A stretch of 62,668 nucleotides of DNA, the filler included, from Choristocarpus tenellus KU-1152 (lineage: Eukaryota > Protista > Phaeophyceae): the NCBI GenBank assembly GCA_964200185.2. It is 10 parts of 10 records of this genome, joined end to end, with 100 filler letters (N's around TTAATTAATTAA, not from the genome) between each part and the next. Parts side by side here need not be neighbours in the genome. Positions count along the whole stretch, not along the records: positions 44,304 to 51,580 come from CAXNAD020006422.1; positions 51,681 to 59,015 come from CAXNAD020006315.1; positions 59,116 to 62,668 come from CAXNAD020019302.1; 7 more parts are not named here. One strand, given 5' to 3'. The translations under genes were made by a program, and so were the position numbers. Positions 50,995 through 62,620 of the stretch are shown piece after piece (position 1 is the stretch's first letter; every line of letters begins with the position of its first letter). The notes under the pieces were generated by a model, which made no database searches, was not told the origin of the DNA, and saw only the letters and a program-made list of their open reading frames with translations.

Positions 50995-51680
50995 CCGCGC
51001 GCACAGAATGTGTTCCGTCCAAATTTACTATAAATATTTATTCCATATCAAATCGATCGCGCGCATAAACTTGACATGATCACAATCCAGAACATCATTC
51101 TTTGACAGCTGTCCTACTCCAACATATTATACTCTGTGTTGTAAGAACTAGATCAAATGAAGAGTGTATGGATACGTGTACCTTCTTGAACCAAATATGG
51201 TCCTTGGTGCTAGAACTAATCCTTGAATTGTGTTTTTCCTGGTCATTATTTTGGTATCTCTGTCTCTTGACTCTACTAATAATGTCAGACCTGCCATTTT
51301 TTTGGCACATTGTTAGTGCCTCTTCTCTGTTGCTTTCTTTTTAATTTCCTTTCTCACTACTACAGGGTCAAGTATATTCAATCCATCATTCGATCACTAT
51401 TATTTCTAGTATCTAGTATATATATTAGCACGTATGATAACCTCCATCCTTGCACACCTATCTACAGACATAGGACTCTTCTTGTAACTTGCCTACATGT
51501 AATATGCATCGGTAAGTAACAGGGGATCCTCAAAATTGAGGATGGCGCGGGACTATGAGGATGGTTGTTTTGCGAAAACGNNNNNNNNNNNNNNNNNNNN
51601 NNNNNNNNNNNNNNNNNNNNNNNNTTAATTAATTAANNNNNNNNNNNNNNNNNNNNNNNNNNNNNNNNNNNNNNNNNNNN

Positions 51681-53651
51681 CATGTCATCTTTGGTGGTCC
51701 TGCTGGGGGTGGCGATGCCAAGTCTAGAGGACAGCGCCTGTGTGGCAGTGTAGACGGACATAGAGATTTGTTGCAGCATGGGTGTGTTGTCTGGATGTGA
51801 ACACGGTGATATGGTCAATTGGTAGGGTGGGTTGCTGTATCGGTCCGGGATCCGGCGTGAGGGTGGAACCGGGCAGGTTCGTCTTCCAAACCTAAGTAGT
51901 TGGCGAGTGTTTCGATAAGGCACACCCTTATCTCCTGGCAAGTCTTTCGTTGCAGTTCCGCCTTCACCACCGGGGTGTATGCATGGACGAACTCGTTCCA
52001 TGTTGCACGTGTGCTGTGAGAGTCCAACTTACGAGGACACTTCCACATCGGGTGAGATCTCCGGTCACACCTGTCACATGTACCGTCGACACACAAGAAT
52101 TTTTGAAACTGCACAAGTAACCGCCACAGGACGACGACTGAGGGGCTCTAGCACGGTCCTCTTGCATCTGTTTTGTTTTAGTTAGTCCAAGAGCGGTTTT
52201 TGTTGTCAGTGTAGAGGTTTGAGTAGCAGATCGAACGTCACTAGTGGAGTCCGGCTGTCGCTGCCACATTTCTAGAGGACGTACTGAAACGGTTTGAGGG
52301 CGAAGAGTACGTTGGTGTGTATCTACAGTGTGTGGTTACATTATTTTGGATACCGTTCCGGCTCGTCGTGCTCACACATTCGCCATGTCGTGGGTGTGGT
52401 CTGGCATAGGAACTTACAAGAGGAAGGCCATTAAATGAGCACCACTTTCGAGTGCGGCCTCCACTTCTTCAGACCCGCAACCTTTGCCTTTGTCCCAAAA
52501 TGCGCATGTGCATGCGCAAGGTGTTGTCCATCATCGCCAAAGAACGTCCTCGTATGTATTTTCTTCCAGTTCTCTCTTAGGCACTGAACCTGGATATGAG
52601 CAATATTCGTGAGGATGTCACTTGCTGGTGTAGAGGACCTCTGAGCGTGCTGTTGGCACAGTGCATCCAGGCGGAAAACTCTCTTGTTCATATGCGGGTC
52701 TAAGTAGTGCATGCCCTGAGTAGCATCATGAGATGTGACCGGATCGTGGGGCATGGCGGTGATGTTGCTCTCCCATACGGTGATACCAAGAACATGCGTA
52801 TCAGGATGCTGGACATCAAACTGTAGCGAGGAGCTGTCCCTTCTCATGTCAAATACCCTCGGTCTGCCGTTTTGTCTGAGGTAACGACGGGAGATGTGGG
52901 GTGTGGGTCGGTTGTGCACCAGAAAATGGGGGATCATCAGGGCATCTCTTAGTGATGAAATTGTTTTGGATATACAGTGGATGTGTTTGCCCAGGGGCCA
53001 AGTTTTGTGTGTCACACCGTTGATGGTTGAGGAGAACGAACTTCCATACCTGTGGGCGGTGTCATGAGGAGAGTAGTGAGGGGTGCGGGTGTCGGATACA
53101 GGAGACGATCCTCCATCGGCATCGGCAGTCAATGCCGAGGGGCTCGCCTGTCGCCGCATGTCTCGCATGAATTCCGTGCGTTTATTGGCGGATGACCGTA
53201 GTTTGTCGACGTTGATGTCGTATTTTCTTGCTGTGACGGACAGAAGGGATTGGAACGTCGATATCACCCCGTCATCGCCTATTTCAACATCAGGAGCGAT
53301 GCCGACGAGGATGGAATTGTATATCTGGCGGGTGTGCTTGGTGCTAAGATCTTTCTTTACACATTCTAGGAATGTCTTGGCCTGGAGATCAGGCGTGGAC
53401 TCGCGTTGTTCCCGAGCCAGCACAACTTGCAGCGCGCTCGCCAACAGTGCAAATCTGCTTTTCTCATCCAACAACCAAGAGGCAAGTCCATTCCAAGTGC
53501 GGCCGCTTCCTTCCATCTCTTCTGAACCATCATGGTTGACAAACAAGGAGAGGAAGAGGTCCATGATCTGATCCGTTTTGGATTTCTTCCACAAACGGCG
53601 GCACTGGTCTTGGGCAGTCTCTTTAGTCCCCGTTTCCTGACTGGGATCCAA
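51681..53651 (-). pseudogene. Putative Sola2-like (Cys-cluster) transposase N-terminal part, spliced or decayed; C-terminus lost at contig end
   Basis: Long ORF 52431..53651 (TTG start, so probably an exon); downstream LFALKPF, FQKFLCVDGTCDRC...WKCP, WNEF...KAELQRK...LIETLANYL; DDD catalytic core not seen. Confidence 0.4.
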
Positions 53652-53979
53652 ACGAGGTTATGATATGAGTTGGGTGGGTTTGTTTCCCTTTGACATTAGC
53701 GATGCATCTTCATGATGTGAACATAGGTAATACTGCATATTTGTTCGGTGGAAGGGGCTTGCACATTTTTGGTCACGAAGTGTTCCACCGAGTACGGCCG
53801 TGTTGGATGACACCCCACTTTGAAATCATGGAGAAGGGTGTGTTTGATACATCAAGAACTGAAACCGCCCCGATTAGAATTTCCTGAAATGGTGTGCATC
53901 GCGTATGTGGTTCATCACGAGCCACATATAAAAGGTAACGAAAACGTACCATGAAGCACATAGGATGAAGTGAATCGGG

Positions 53980-54380
53980 GTAGTTTGTCGAATGGTAGAG
54001 TGTGTGTTTTTATCTTATTTTTTGGGGGAAAGAGTGCACAATGTCATGGTGGGTGTCGTTCTTGACACTATTGGCACATGTATATACAAATGACGAGTTC
54101 TGTCGAACGGTAAAGTAATGTGTAGGATGGGTTTTGTGGTATAAGGGATACTGAACGTTTGATGTGATGTCGGTCAATACATATCCCCACATGCGCATAC
54201 CATTCATTGCACACGCCCCTTTCTCTGTGGGGGATATGAGTTCGCGATTAAGTTTTGTGGTAAGCCGAGGACGATGATTTGGAGGCGTGCGGCTTCAAAG
54301 AGGTCAGTATGTGGAAAGCCGCATCTTTTGCCATACTTTGTCGTACGGTAAAGTATGGCAAAAATGACATGAGGCGAGCT
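53980..54380 (-). repeat. Degenerate ~115-120-bp tandem repeat with core TGTCGAACGGTAAAG
   Basis: Core at ~53985, ~54101, ~54339; ttttg(g/t)gg at ~54021, ~54132, ~54253. Confidence 0.6.
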
Positions 54381-54466
54381 GATGAAGGAAGGGTGAAACA
54401 TGACAGGGCATAATTTCTTTATTGTGTAAGGGTGAGAGACGGTGTCAGGGTTAGGGCACAGGGTTA

Positions 54467-54725
54467 GAGTGAAAGTATCTTAGAGGGTACGAGTTTTGCC
54501 CTGTTTGTCCATTTGGGGCTAGACTTCCCTCAGGGTTTTTATGACATTTTCCCACTCCAAAATAATTTTGGAGTAGATAGAATATATATGTTGTGAAAAG
54601 GTGTGTCGGGAACAAGGATATTGACACTTCTTAACAAATACGATAGCCAAAATTACATCGAAATCGCAACATTGGATTTTGACCCCCAAATGGACGCGGC
54701 TCTACCCTCTAAGATACTTTGGCTC
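54467..54725 (-). mobile_element. MITE family A, full copy inserted in a TTAGGG tract
   Basis: gggtta|GAGTGAAAGTATCTTAGAGGGTAC...TACCCTCTAAGATACTTTGGCTC|ttaggg. Confidence 0.92.
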
Positions 54726-56232
54726 TTAGGGTTGGGACAGGTGGTAGGGTTGAGATCGGAAACAGAAACTGGAAGGAACATCGTTTTCTTCCGATACATA
54801 TCGGAAATCGGATATCGGAGAACACGAACTTCGTCATTGGGTTTCGTTCTGCTCTTGATGTAGGGGACGTGTGTGTCACCGGTTCCGAACTACAGTGGAA
54901 CTGGTGAACACCACGTCTCTCTGATTTTGATGTAAATGTGTGGTTTCGGAAGGATATGGTGACCATATGCTTCGCTATGCCTAGTCTTCAAGCGCTAATC
55001 CCTCCTTCAGGTAATTACAGAACGCACAGGATACATTGGAGTGTGTCTTGCTGGGACGGAGGCCTGGCCTTGCCTTTGGGATGTCCTGGAGTCTACCCCT
55101 CCGGAGTCCACAAGTTCATTCCAGTTGTTAGCGAGATCCTCTAGTGGCTGGCGGGTCGTCATCGTACATCTGCGGTGCGGTGGGCGTGGTTCCTCTCAAA
55201 GAACTGCGACAAGAATTCCTCTATATTGTCCAGACCCGTTGGTTTGTTGTCGACAGAGTGAGAGAGTTTGGTGTTTGTCGCATATGTGGTTTGGCGAAAG
55301 TTTTTTTGTTATGCACTATGATATAATTCTACAACACTTTAAACATACGAGAAAAAATGATGCAAACTCAAAGTTTTGACCCTCTCACACTAATAATGAA
55401 GAAATAGCGAATGGGGAGTTACATATATATATACATTTGAATGTCTGTATTTGTTCTTGTTCAACCTAGTCCTAGAGATATATAGACATATATATATATC
55501 GACACATCTGTGAAGAGAGCAAAATTACCCTTTTGAAATCTCCTTTTTATTGTCGAGGAAAAGGAACACCCCAACTAGCCTGTTCATAACCACAATACAT
55601 ATACTATTATTTAATAGGGGTACAATATGCCACAAAGGCTGTTCTTCTTTTATTGATTATTGTACAGTTGTTATACAACCGAAAAAAGAATAGCTTAAAA
55701 GGACCATACCTTCTTGGTCAAGAGAGAATAGGTGCGCATCCCTTCCATGAGAATCGGGCTCGTCTGTGGCTATATCCCTGTGCGCTGTACGTGACGCTGA
55801 ATATCGGGCGTGTTGGAAGGTAAAAAGACGACAAGACTTCCACTTCGTGCAGGGTGATCGGGTGTGTACGGCTGGAGGATGATGTGAACCGACCTTGACA
55901 TGCCATCCTCTCTGGGCCTGACTCGATGCGCAGAACATTTTTTCTCTCTCTCTCTGTTTCTTTCTCCTGTCCCATTTCCAACATGCCCACCCGATGTAGA
56001 AATCCCGCGATCAACTGAGAGGCTTAGTCCAACCACCGAACGCCGCCATGACTCCAAAGGGAACCAGGAGGTGAGTCCCCATACAAGAAACGTTCGCCCT
56101 TCGTGCAGCCTACACTAGAGCGTCTCTGGACGACCAACATCGCAAAGACACCATCACGATTTAGTGCCTTTGGCCGGTGTTGCGGTTATCGTTCGTTCAC
56201 GTAGCATGTATTTGCATGTGGCTGAGATGGTA

Positions 56233-56863
56233 GTGTACACACCACGTGTCAATCCTGGTAACACCTGCATTTTTAGATTCGATGCCCCATAATTATTTGC
56301 GTTTCCAACCGTGTACACACCATCTGTCAATGGTGGTGATACCAGCATTTTCAGATTCGATGCCCTGTCATTATTTGCGTTTCCAACCACGTACACACCA
56401 TCTGTCAATGGTGGTGATACTCGCGTTTCTAGATTCGATGCCCCGTAAATATTTGCCTTTCCAACCGTGTACATACCACCTGTCAATCCCGGTAACACCT
56501 GCATTTCCAGATTCGATGCCCTGTAATTATTTGCGTTTCCAACCGTGTACACACCATCTGCCAATGGTGGTGATACCAGCGTTTTTAGATTCGATGCCCC
56601 GTAAATATTTGCGTTTCCAACCATGTACACACCATCTGTCAATGGTGGTGATTCCAGCGTTTTTAGATTCGATGCCCCGTAATTATTTGCATTCCAACCG
56701 TGTACACACCATCTGCCAATGGTGGTGATACCAGAGTTTTTAGGTTCGATGCCCCGTAATTATTTGCCTCTCCAACCGTGTACACACCATCTGTCAATGG
56801 TGGTAATTCCAGCATTTTTAGATTTGATGCCCCGTAATTATTTGAGTTTCCAACCGTGTACAC
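56233..56863. repeat. 78-bp tandem minisatellite, ~8 units
   Basis: Unit ~GTGTACACACCATCTGTCAATGGTGGTGATACCAGCATTTTTAGATTCGATGCCCCGTAATTATTTGCGTTTCCAACC; gives the 26-aa repeats in ORFs 56154..56642 and 56246..56728. Confidence 0.95.
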
Positions 56864-57029
56864 AATCAGACAACTGATCCGAAATAGAAGCAAGATTCCA
56901 CGATACAATTTCACGCACCACAACATCCATCCGTCCAGGATGACGTGGTAACACCTTCAATACGCGCGTGTAAGGGCTCCGATATCATTGGAACATTTCC
57001 GATAAGGTTCAAATCTGGTATGTACATAC

Positions 57030-57420
57030 ACGCCCCCAAATCGTATTGTTGTGCTTTGGAATTTGATGGCCTTTACCGTTCGACAGAACACGTCAAATTC
57101 ATTCATTATTATCAGCTCTGTGTCAAGCACAAACCTGCGCATGATTGCCCTCCCGACATCCAACCTGGGTCAGCGTCTAAGTACCTTTCATCATCTTTCA
57201 CTTTCTCGGTTCGACGGAATGTTTTCCTGCTCAGGATCACTATTTCAAATCGACACACACACCCCCAACAGTCTTGCCGTGCTTTGGATATTGATGGCAT
57301 GTACCGTTTGACAGAATATATGAAATGCATTTATTATTGCTGGTCCTATGTCAAGCGCAAACCTGTGCACGATTGCCCTTGCTATATGTTACGTTGGTCG
57401 GCGCGTAAATCCTACCAGAC
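57030..57420 (+). repeat. Degenerate ~229-bp duplication containing CTTTACCGTTCGACAGAAC
   Basis: gtgctttgga...gatggc..taccgtt.gacagaa...tgtcaagc.caaacctg..ca.gattgccct at ~57051 and ~57279. Confidence 0.8.
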
Positions 57421-57816
57421 TGCGTCCGATATTGGTGCGTATTCTTATTCATATTCATCCCATGTCGACCGGGTTAACAGTTTCATATTTTTTAGTAAAT
57501 AGCGACCTTCGAGGAAAGCGTAATGCCCTCCTCATTTCCACGGCATCACTACGCCCTTTTCATATCTCCTTTGCATAGCCCACGCATAGACATGAACCCT
57601 GCAATCTGTATAGATCCAGTCATCATTAATCACATAGTCCATCACAGTTCGTTTAAAGACACCCTTGATGTGCTCACCTAACCATTGCATCCATCCCTAC
57701 GTCAATATCATTCTTCTTTGCTGATACCGTTGTCCTAACATTTTCCCCTCTACCTTCACAGACATCCAGCCGGAGGCCCGGGAACTCTTGAACACCAAAA
57801 GACCACAGACCGGATA

Positions 57817-58668
57817 ATGTCGAACCTCAGCGTGACGTGTACCATGGACCTCGCCACATCTGTCTTCTTGACACAGAGATACAACTCCAACCTTCTTGAC
57901 AATGCTAGAGTGGAGTCTATATTCTCGAAGCTGGGGTCGGACCCACAGGTCGCCGCCGATAGGCTCGCGGGGATCCTGAGTGGGCAGCCTTTTTCCCTGT
58001 CCTCCATATGGAAGACCATCAGCGACATGAAAGCCGACATGCACAGGACAAACGTGCCCTCCAGTGTGCCAGACAGGGAACTGTTTGAATATTACATGGC
58101 CAATAATAACTTGGACGTGGACCATACTGGCAATGATAGGGACATAGATGACGACGACAATGTATTCTTTTGTCTCAATGAACAACACCGCGTAAGGGTG
58201 CTGAGGGTGATCGAGTGTATCGCCAAGGAGGACAATGTCCCTTGTGGTATCAACCTCCGGGCCCATGTGACAATACGATGGGCCTTGGAAGTAGGAGCAA
58301 ACCTCCAGATGGCTAACCACAGGAGCTTCATGTGGAAGATATATCCACATTGCATCCGGGAGAAGGCTGAATCAATCTCCACAGGAGAGAGTGTTGCAGC
58401 CAGCCGATCACATGTGCCAAACATCCTAGATATATTCCATTGGATGGTTTCTTGGGTTGCCACTATCCTGGAGTATAGGCATGCCTTCAGTTGTGACAGG
58501 TCCCACCCCTACGTCCGGGAAACAGAAGAGGACCCTGATCATCGCGCGCGCATGGCGACGCTGGTCACCAAGTGCAACCAGTACTGTCTAGGTGACATAG
58601 ACTTCCGGAGTGCCGATGGTGCATTACAGACGGCTGTGAAAAGCAGGGTAGCTGCAAAGATATCTTAG
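57817..58668 (+). CDS. Orphan ORF (283 aa) of unknown function, 3' end cut by a MITE
   Basis: Long GC-rich open frame; its stop TAG lies inside the MITE TIR (TATCTTAG); no recognisable domain. Confidence 0.5.
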   Translation: MSNLSVTCTMDLATSVFLTQRYNSNLLDNARVESIFSKLGSDPQVAADRLAGILSGQPFSLSSIWKTISDMKADMHRTNVPSSVPDRELFEYYMANNNLDVDHTGNDRDIDDDDNVFFCLNEQHRVRVLRVIECIAKEDNVPCGINLRAHVTIRWALEVGANLQMANHRSFMWKIYPHCIREKAESISTGESVAASRSHVPNILDIFHWMVSWVATILEYRHAFSCDRSHPYVRETEEDPDHRARMATLVTKCNQYCLGDIDFRSADGALQTAVKSRVAAKIS

Positions 58669-59015
58669 AGGGTAGAGCCGCGTCCATTTGGGGGTCAAAA
58701 TACAATGTTGTGATTTTTGATAAAATTTTGGCTATCGTGTTTGTTAGGAAGTGTCAATACCTATGTTTCGGACACACCTTTCATAACGTATACATTTTAC
58801 CTACTCCGAAACATTTTGGAGTCGGAAAATGTCATAAAAAAAAACCATGGGAAGCCAAGCCTCACAAATGTATACATTTTACCTACTACGAAACATTTTG
58901 TAGTCGGAAAATGTCATTTAAAAAAACATGGGAAGACAAGCCCCACAAATTGATATATTTTACCCACTACGAAACCTTTTGGAGTCGGAAAATGTAAAAA
59001 AAAAACCCATGGGAG
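58656..59015 (+). mobile_element. MITE family A variant with an internally triplicated ~82-bp hairpin module
   Basis: TATACATTTTACCTACT..GAAACATTTTG.AGT.GGAAAATGT...CATGGGA repeated three times before the gap. Confidence 0.85.
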
Positions 59016-59115
59016 NNNNNNNNNNNNNNNNNNNNNNNNNNNNNNNNNNNNNNNNNNNNTTAATTAATTAANNNNNNNNNNNNNNNNNNNNNNNNNNNNN
59101 NNNNNNNNNNNNNNN

Positions 59116-59296
59116 CAACCCCCCCCACCCTTCTTTCCCCCCGCCAAACCCCCCCCCCCCCCCCCCATGGCTGTCTGGTACGGCCTGATCCCAAAGGAGA
59201 TGATGGCATAGTGCACCAGCCGGAACAAGATGACATACGCCAGTATCACTCCAAAGTCCCCCCAGGCGTTGACATCTTCATCTTGAGCGAATTGTT
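59116..59296 (-). CDS. ABCG-family transporter, 3' exon (stop not visible; poly-G then gap)
   Basis: (E)QFAQDEDVNAWGDFGVILAYVILFRLVHYAIISFGIRPY, the final TM helix of the ABC-2 membrane domain; phase matches the exon ending at 60050. Confidence 0.78.
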
Positions 59297-59808
59297 CTTA
59301 AGAAGAAAAAAACGTTTGCAGAAGGCATGTTTGAATGAAAAAGGTCTCAAGGGTTTAGGGTTACGACGCCTCCTACGCTTGTTATCAGAAGAAATGGACT
59401 GGAACATTACAATATTTATAAAAAATAAATTTAAATATATGTTTCTAAATATAATTTAAAACCTTACCGATTAAAAAAAAAAAACTCTTTAACTCTCGTC
59501 TCCGAAGAAGTGAAACGCACAAAACACGCCTACCATAGTAATACAAAAAATTAGTCGCACTCAGTACCCCAGTAGTGGTTTGAGGTTAGGGTTAGGGTTA
59601 CTACTCACTACTCTGGACACAAATCAAATTTAGACAGTTCTCCTCTCCCCCCCATTAAGCACACCTCTTTTAAATAGACACAATCTCTCTATCTCTATCT
59701 CTCTCTCTCTTTACTTGAGATTCACAACCAACTTGGTGAAGATACTAGATCATTACTAGATCATTTTTTATTCCATCACACATCCCTTCACTGTCCCATG
59801 TATCTTTC

Positions 59809-59930
59809 AACCCTAACCCTAACCCTAAGCCTAACCCTAACATCTAAAATACAAAATCTACTTCCTAACCCTAACCCTAACCCTGCTATCCAATCCTCCC
59901 AGATCCCTCCCTCCCCCCTAACCCTAACCC
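59809..59930. repeat. Interstitial telomere-like (CCCTAA)n tracts (TTAGGG also at ~59585-59600 and ~61878-61953)
   Basis: aaccctaaccctaaccctaag...; gggttagggttagggttaggg. Confidence 0.8.
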
Positions 59931-60049
59931 CCTACACACACATCAAAGCTCCTGTGTGCTAAAAAATAATTAAATGAAATATAATAAAATAAAATATAGC
60001 GTTCATTCATTCATTTCTTTCCATTTCCACTCCAGTCCATTTCCATCAC

Positions 60050-60194
60050 CTTGTAGTATCTGATCCCCAGAGACAGTTCCCTGTGATGTCTCATAGTCCT
60101 GTCCATGGAAAATGACATAGAGGTACCCTTCAAATGCATACTTGGTGGGAATACCCCAGCTGAGCCAGCTTATGCTGTCAACCATGTCTGATGT
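60050..60194 (-). CDS. ABCG-family transporter exon
   Basis: cag|TSDMVDSISWLSWGIPTKYAFEGYLYVIFHGQDYETSQGTVSGDQILQ|gt (cf. WxxxxSPxxYAxEG...G..IL). Confidence 0.82.
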
Positions 60195-61699
60195 CTGCCA
60201 TGGACAGCGACAGGACACACCCACAAAGAGTAGGTTATGTTATGTTATTTTATATTATGTTATGTTATACAATGCTATGTCAGGGATCAAGTCGTCAAGG
60301 TGCATCCATGCCAATAATAAGAACAACGATACATTGGAAATACACTACATATCGGATCATTTACGAAAATAATAATAATGTGTTGAACATGCACTACATA
60401 TCGGATCATCTAAAAAAAAACGATATTACCCACCAAAATAAAAAAGAAACAAAACATACGGCAAAAAGGTGCCAACTCCAACAACAAAATAATAAAAAAT
60501 TACCCTAGCCCTAAGCAATAAAAAACATACACTTCAAAGTAAAACAATCAGAACAAAAATCACACCATAATAAATAAAAATAATTATTATAGCACAAGAT
60601 GTCGCACACTAAAGAGAAAAATTTAGTTCTAACAAAAATAACATAAAAAAATGAATTTCTAAAACAGTAGTACACAAAACGATCAAATTATTGAAGTTAT
60701 TAACCCAAAAGTTAATTGAGTCAGTATAATTAGTAGAATTTTACTGATACGAAAATAAACGTATTACTCGAAAAAATAAAATATTATTAATGAAATAAAA
60801 ACGTAAGCTTTCCTAAGAATTTTGAATCAAAACAAATTCAATAAAAAATTAAATATTTTAGAAAAATCAAAATCAAAAACATAAAACTATTCGTAACCTA
60901 GTAGATTCTTTTGCACACGAAAAAAATCTTCAGAATATTGTTCGTCTCAAGAGATTTCGGATCAAAAACGACAACAGTCACATAAATAAAAAAAATTGTG
61001 TATGTCCCTTTACTATCTCCTCAGCAGGATAGATGAGATATTCTATGTATTTGTTCTGAAAAAGACTTGGGGGGGCCATCCATACCCATCACAACAAAGA
61101 GAAGTAGTTCCACACAATCGACGTGTATGAGAAAAGGTTCCTAAGGATATTTCTGATAAAAATAAAACATAAAATTAGATACAATTTATTAGTACAGTTG
61201 AAATGTAAATAATAATAAATATATGCACTATAAATAATAAACCAATCAAGTGGCTGCAGAAAATTTTAAAAGTTGAAATGCAAATAAACAATAATATTAC
61301 AAATACTACTACTACTAATAACAATATTAATATTAATATTAGTAGTAGTAGAGATAAACTAGACAACAAATAAACAGTATGGAGCTCTCTCTATATACAG
61401 AACATACATAAATATATTTATGCAATACTAGTACAGTCAAAATGCAAATAAATATCAACATATAGTTGAACTAAATCTATATATAAGAATAAACCATATT
61501 TAACATTAAACAAAAAAATAAATGAACAAAAAAGTACTTAACCCTAACCCTAACATACAGAAGAGTATTATTATTATTATTGGTATTAATATCGTTGTTA
61601 TTATTGGACAGGATCACAAAAAAAATCAATCTAAAACACACAACAACACACACACACACACACACAAGGTGACGACCCAATGAAGGTATAATAGTGTAC

Positions 61700-61792
61700 C
61701 TTGATGAAAAACCCAGCATATAGGAAGAGTACTCCCAGGACGACCATGGAGAATGTGCAAGCGAGCATTGCATTCTTGAGGGTTTCCACCAC
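61700..61792 (-). CDS. ABCG-family transporter exon
   Basis: cag|VVETLKNAMLACTFSMVVLGVLFLYAGFFIK|gtac (cf. LFxGFFI); 31 codons, phase 0. Confidence 0.82.
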
Positions 61793-62587
61793 CTGCTCGA
61801 GGGATGCACAACAAACCGAGAACATCTGTGAGGCACTGGGTGAAGAGCTGTGTCTAGATTTCTCAGATAGGGTACAGGGTTAGGGTTAGGGTCAGGTTAG
61901 AAATATGGTCAAGTAACAAGGGAGAGAGACTCAGGGTTAGGGTTAGGGTTAGGGAGATGTAAACAAAGCGTGGCTAAACAAAGTGTTTAAATAAACATTA
62001 TTATTAATACTTGCCAGTAAGGGCATGGATTGTCTTCCAGGCTGTGTAAGACAAAAACATCAATACTGTTATTAATATTATTATTATTACCAATGCCTTC
62101 CACTACATCAGAACAAAAATAATAATATTTATAAAACAAGAGAGTAACATATTTTTGTAAGAAGGTTTTACACTATAGAAATAAGTGGTCATTCAACAAC
62201 AAAAAGAATGAACTATAGAACCATTAATATAATAAAAATATTATACAAACAGGGCTCGTATTAGTTCATATATATATATATATATATATAACATCATGTA
62301 TTTGTTGAAATGACATAAAAGGATACAATAAACTATAGAACCATTAATATACAAACAAAAAAAGCTCATTTACACAAAAAATCACATCAAGAATAAGCCA
62401 AAAATAAAACCTCATCAAGAATTAGCCACTTCTCTTAGAGTTAGTGTTAGGGCTAATCATAATCATAATCCTAACCCCTCAACAACCTCAAAAGAATGCA
62501 ATCAATAAACAGATCACACTCCATTCCAAAAGAAGCCCCTCCTGACCCTCCCCCAACGCCTAACACCCTGCTGTCGAACTCTCAACC

Positions 62588-62620
<33 letters not shown>

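Noticed and set aside
56233-56863. CRISPR array
   Set aside because: Whole 78-bp units are repeated with no unique spacers
51681-58668. Fanzor/TnpB RNA-guided nuclease associated with the transposons
   Set aside because: No RuvC-I (DPG-type), RuvC-II or zinc-finger/RuvC-III motif arrangement seen in any ORF
58710-58997. Recurrent short ORFs with HNVYILPTPKHFGVGKCH as a gene family
   Set aside because: They are translations of the non-coding MITE interior; frames differ and break between copies
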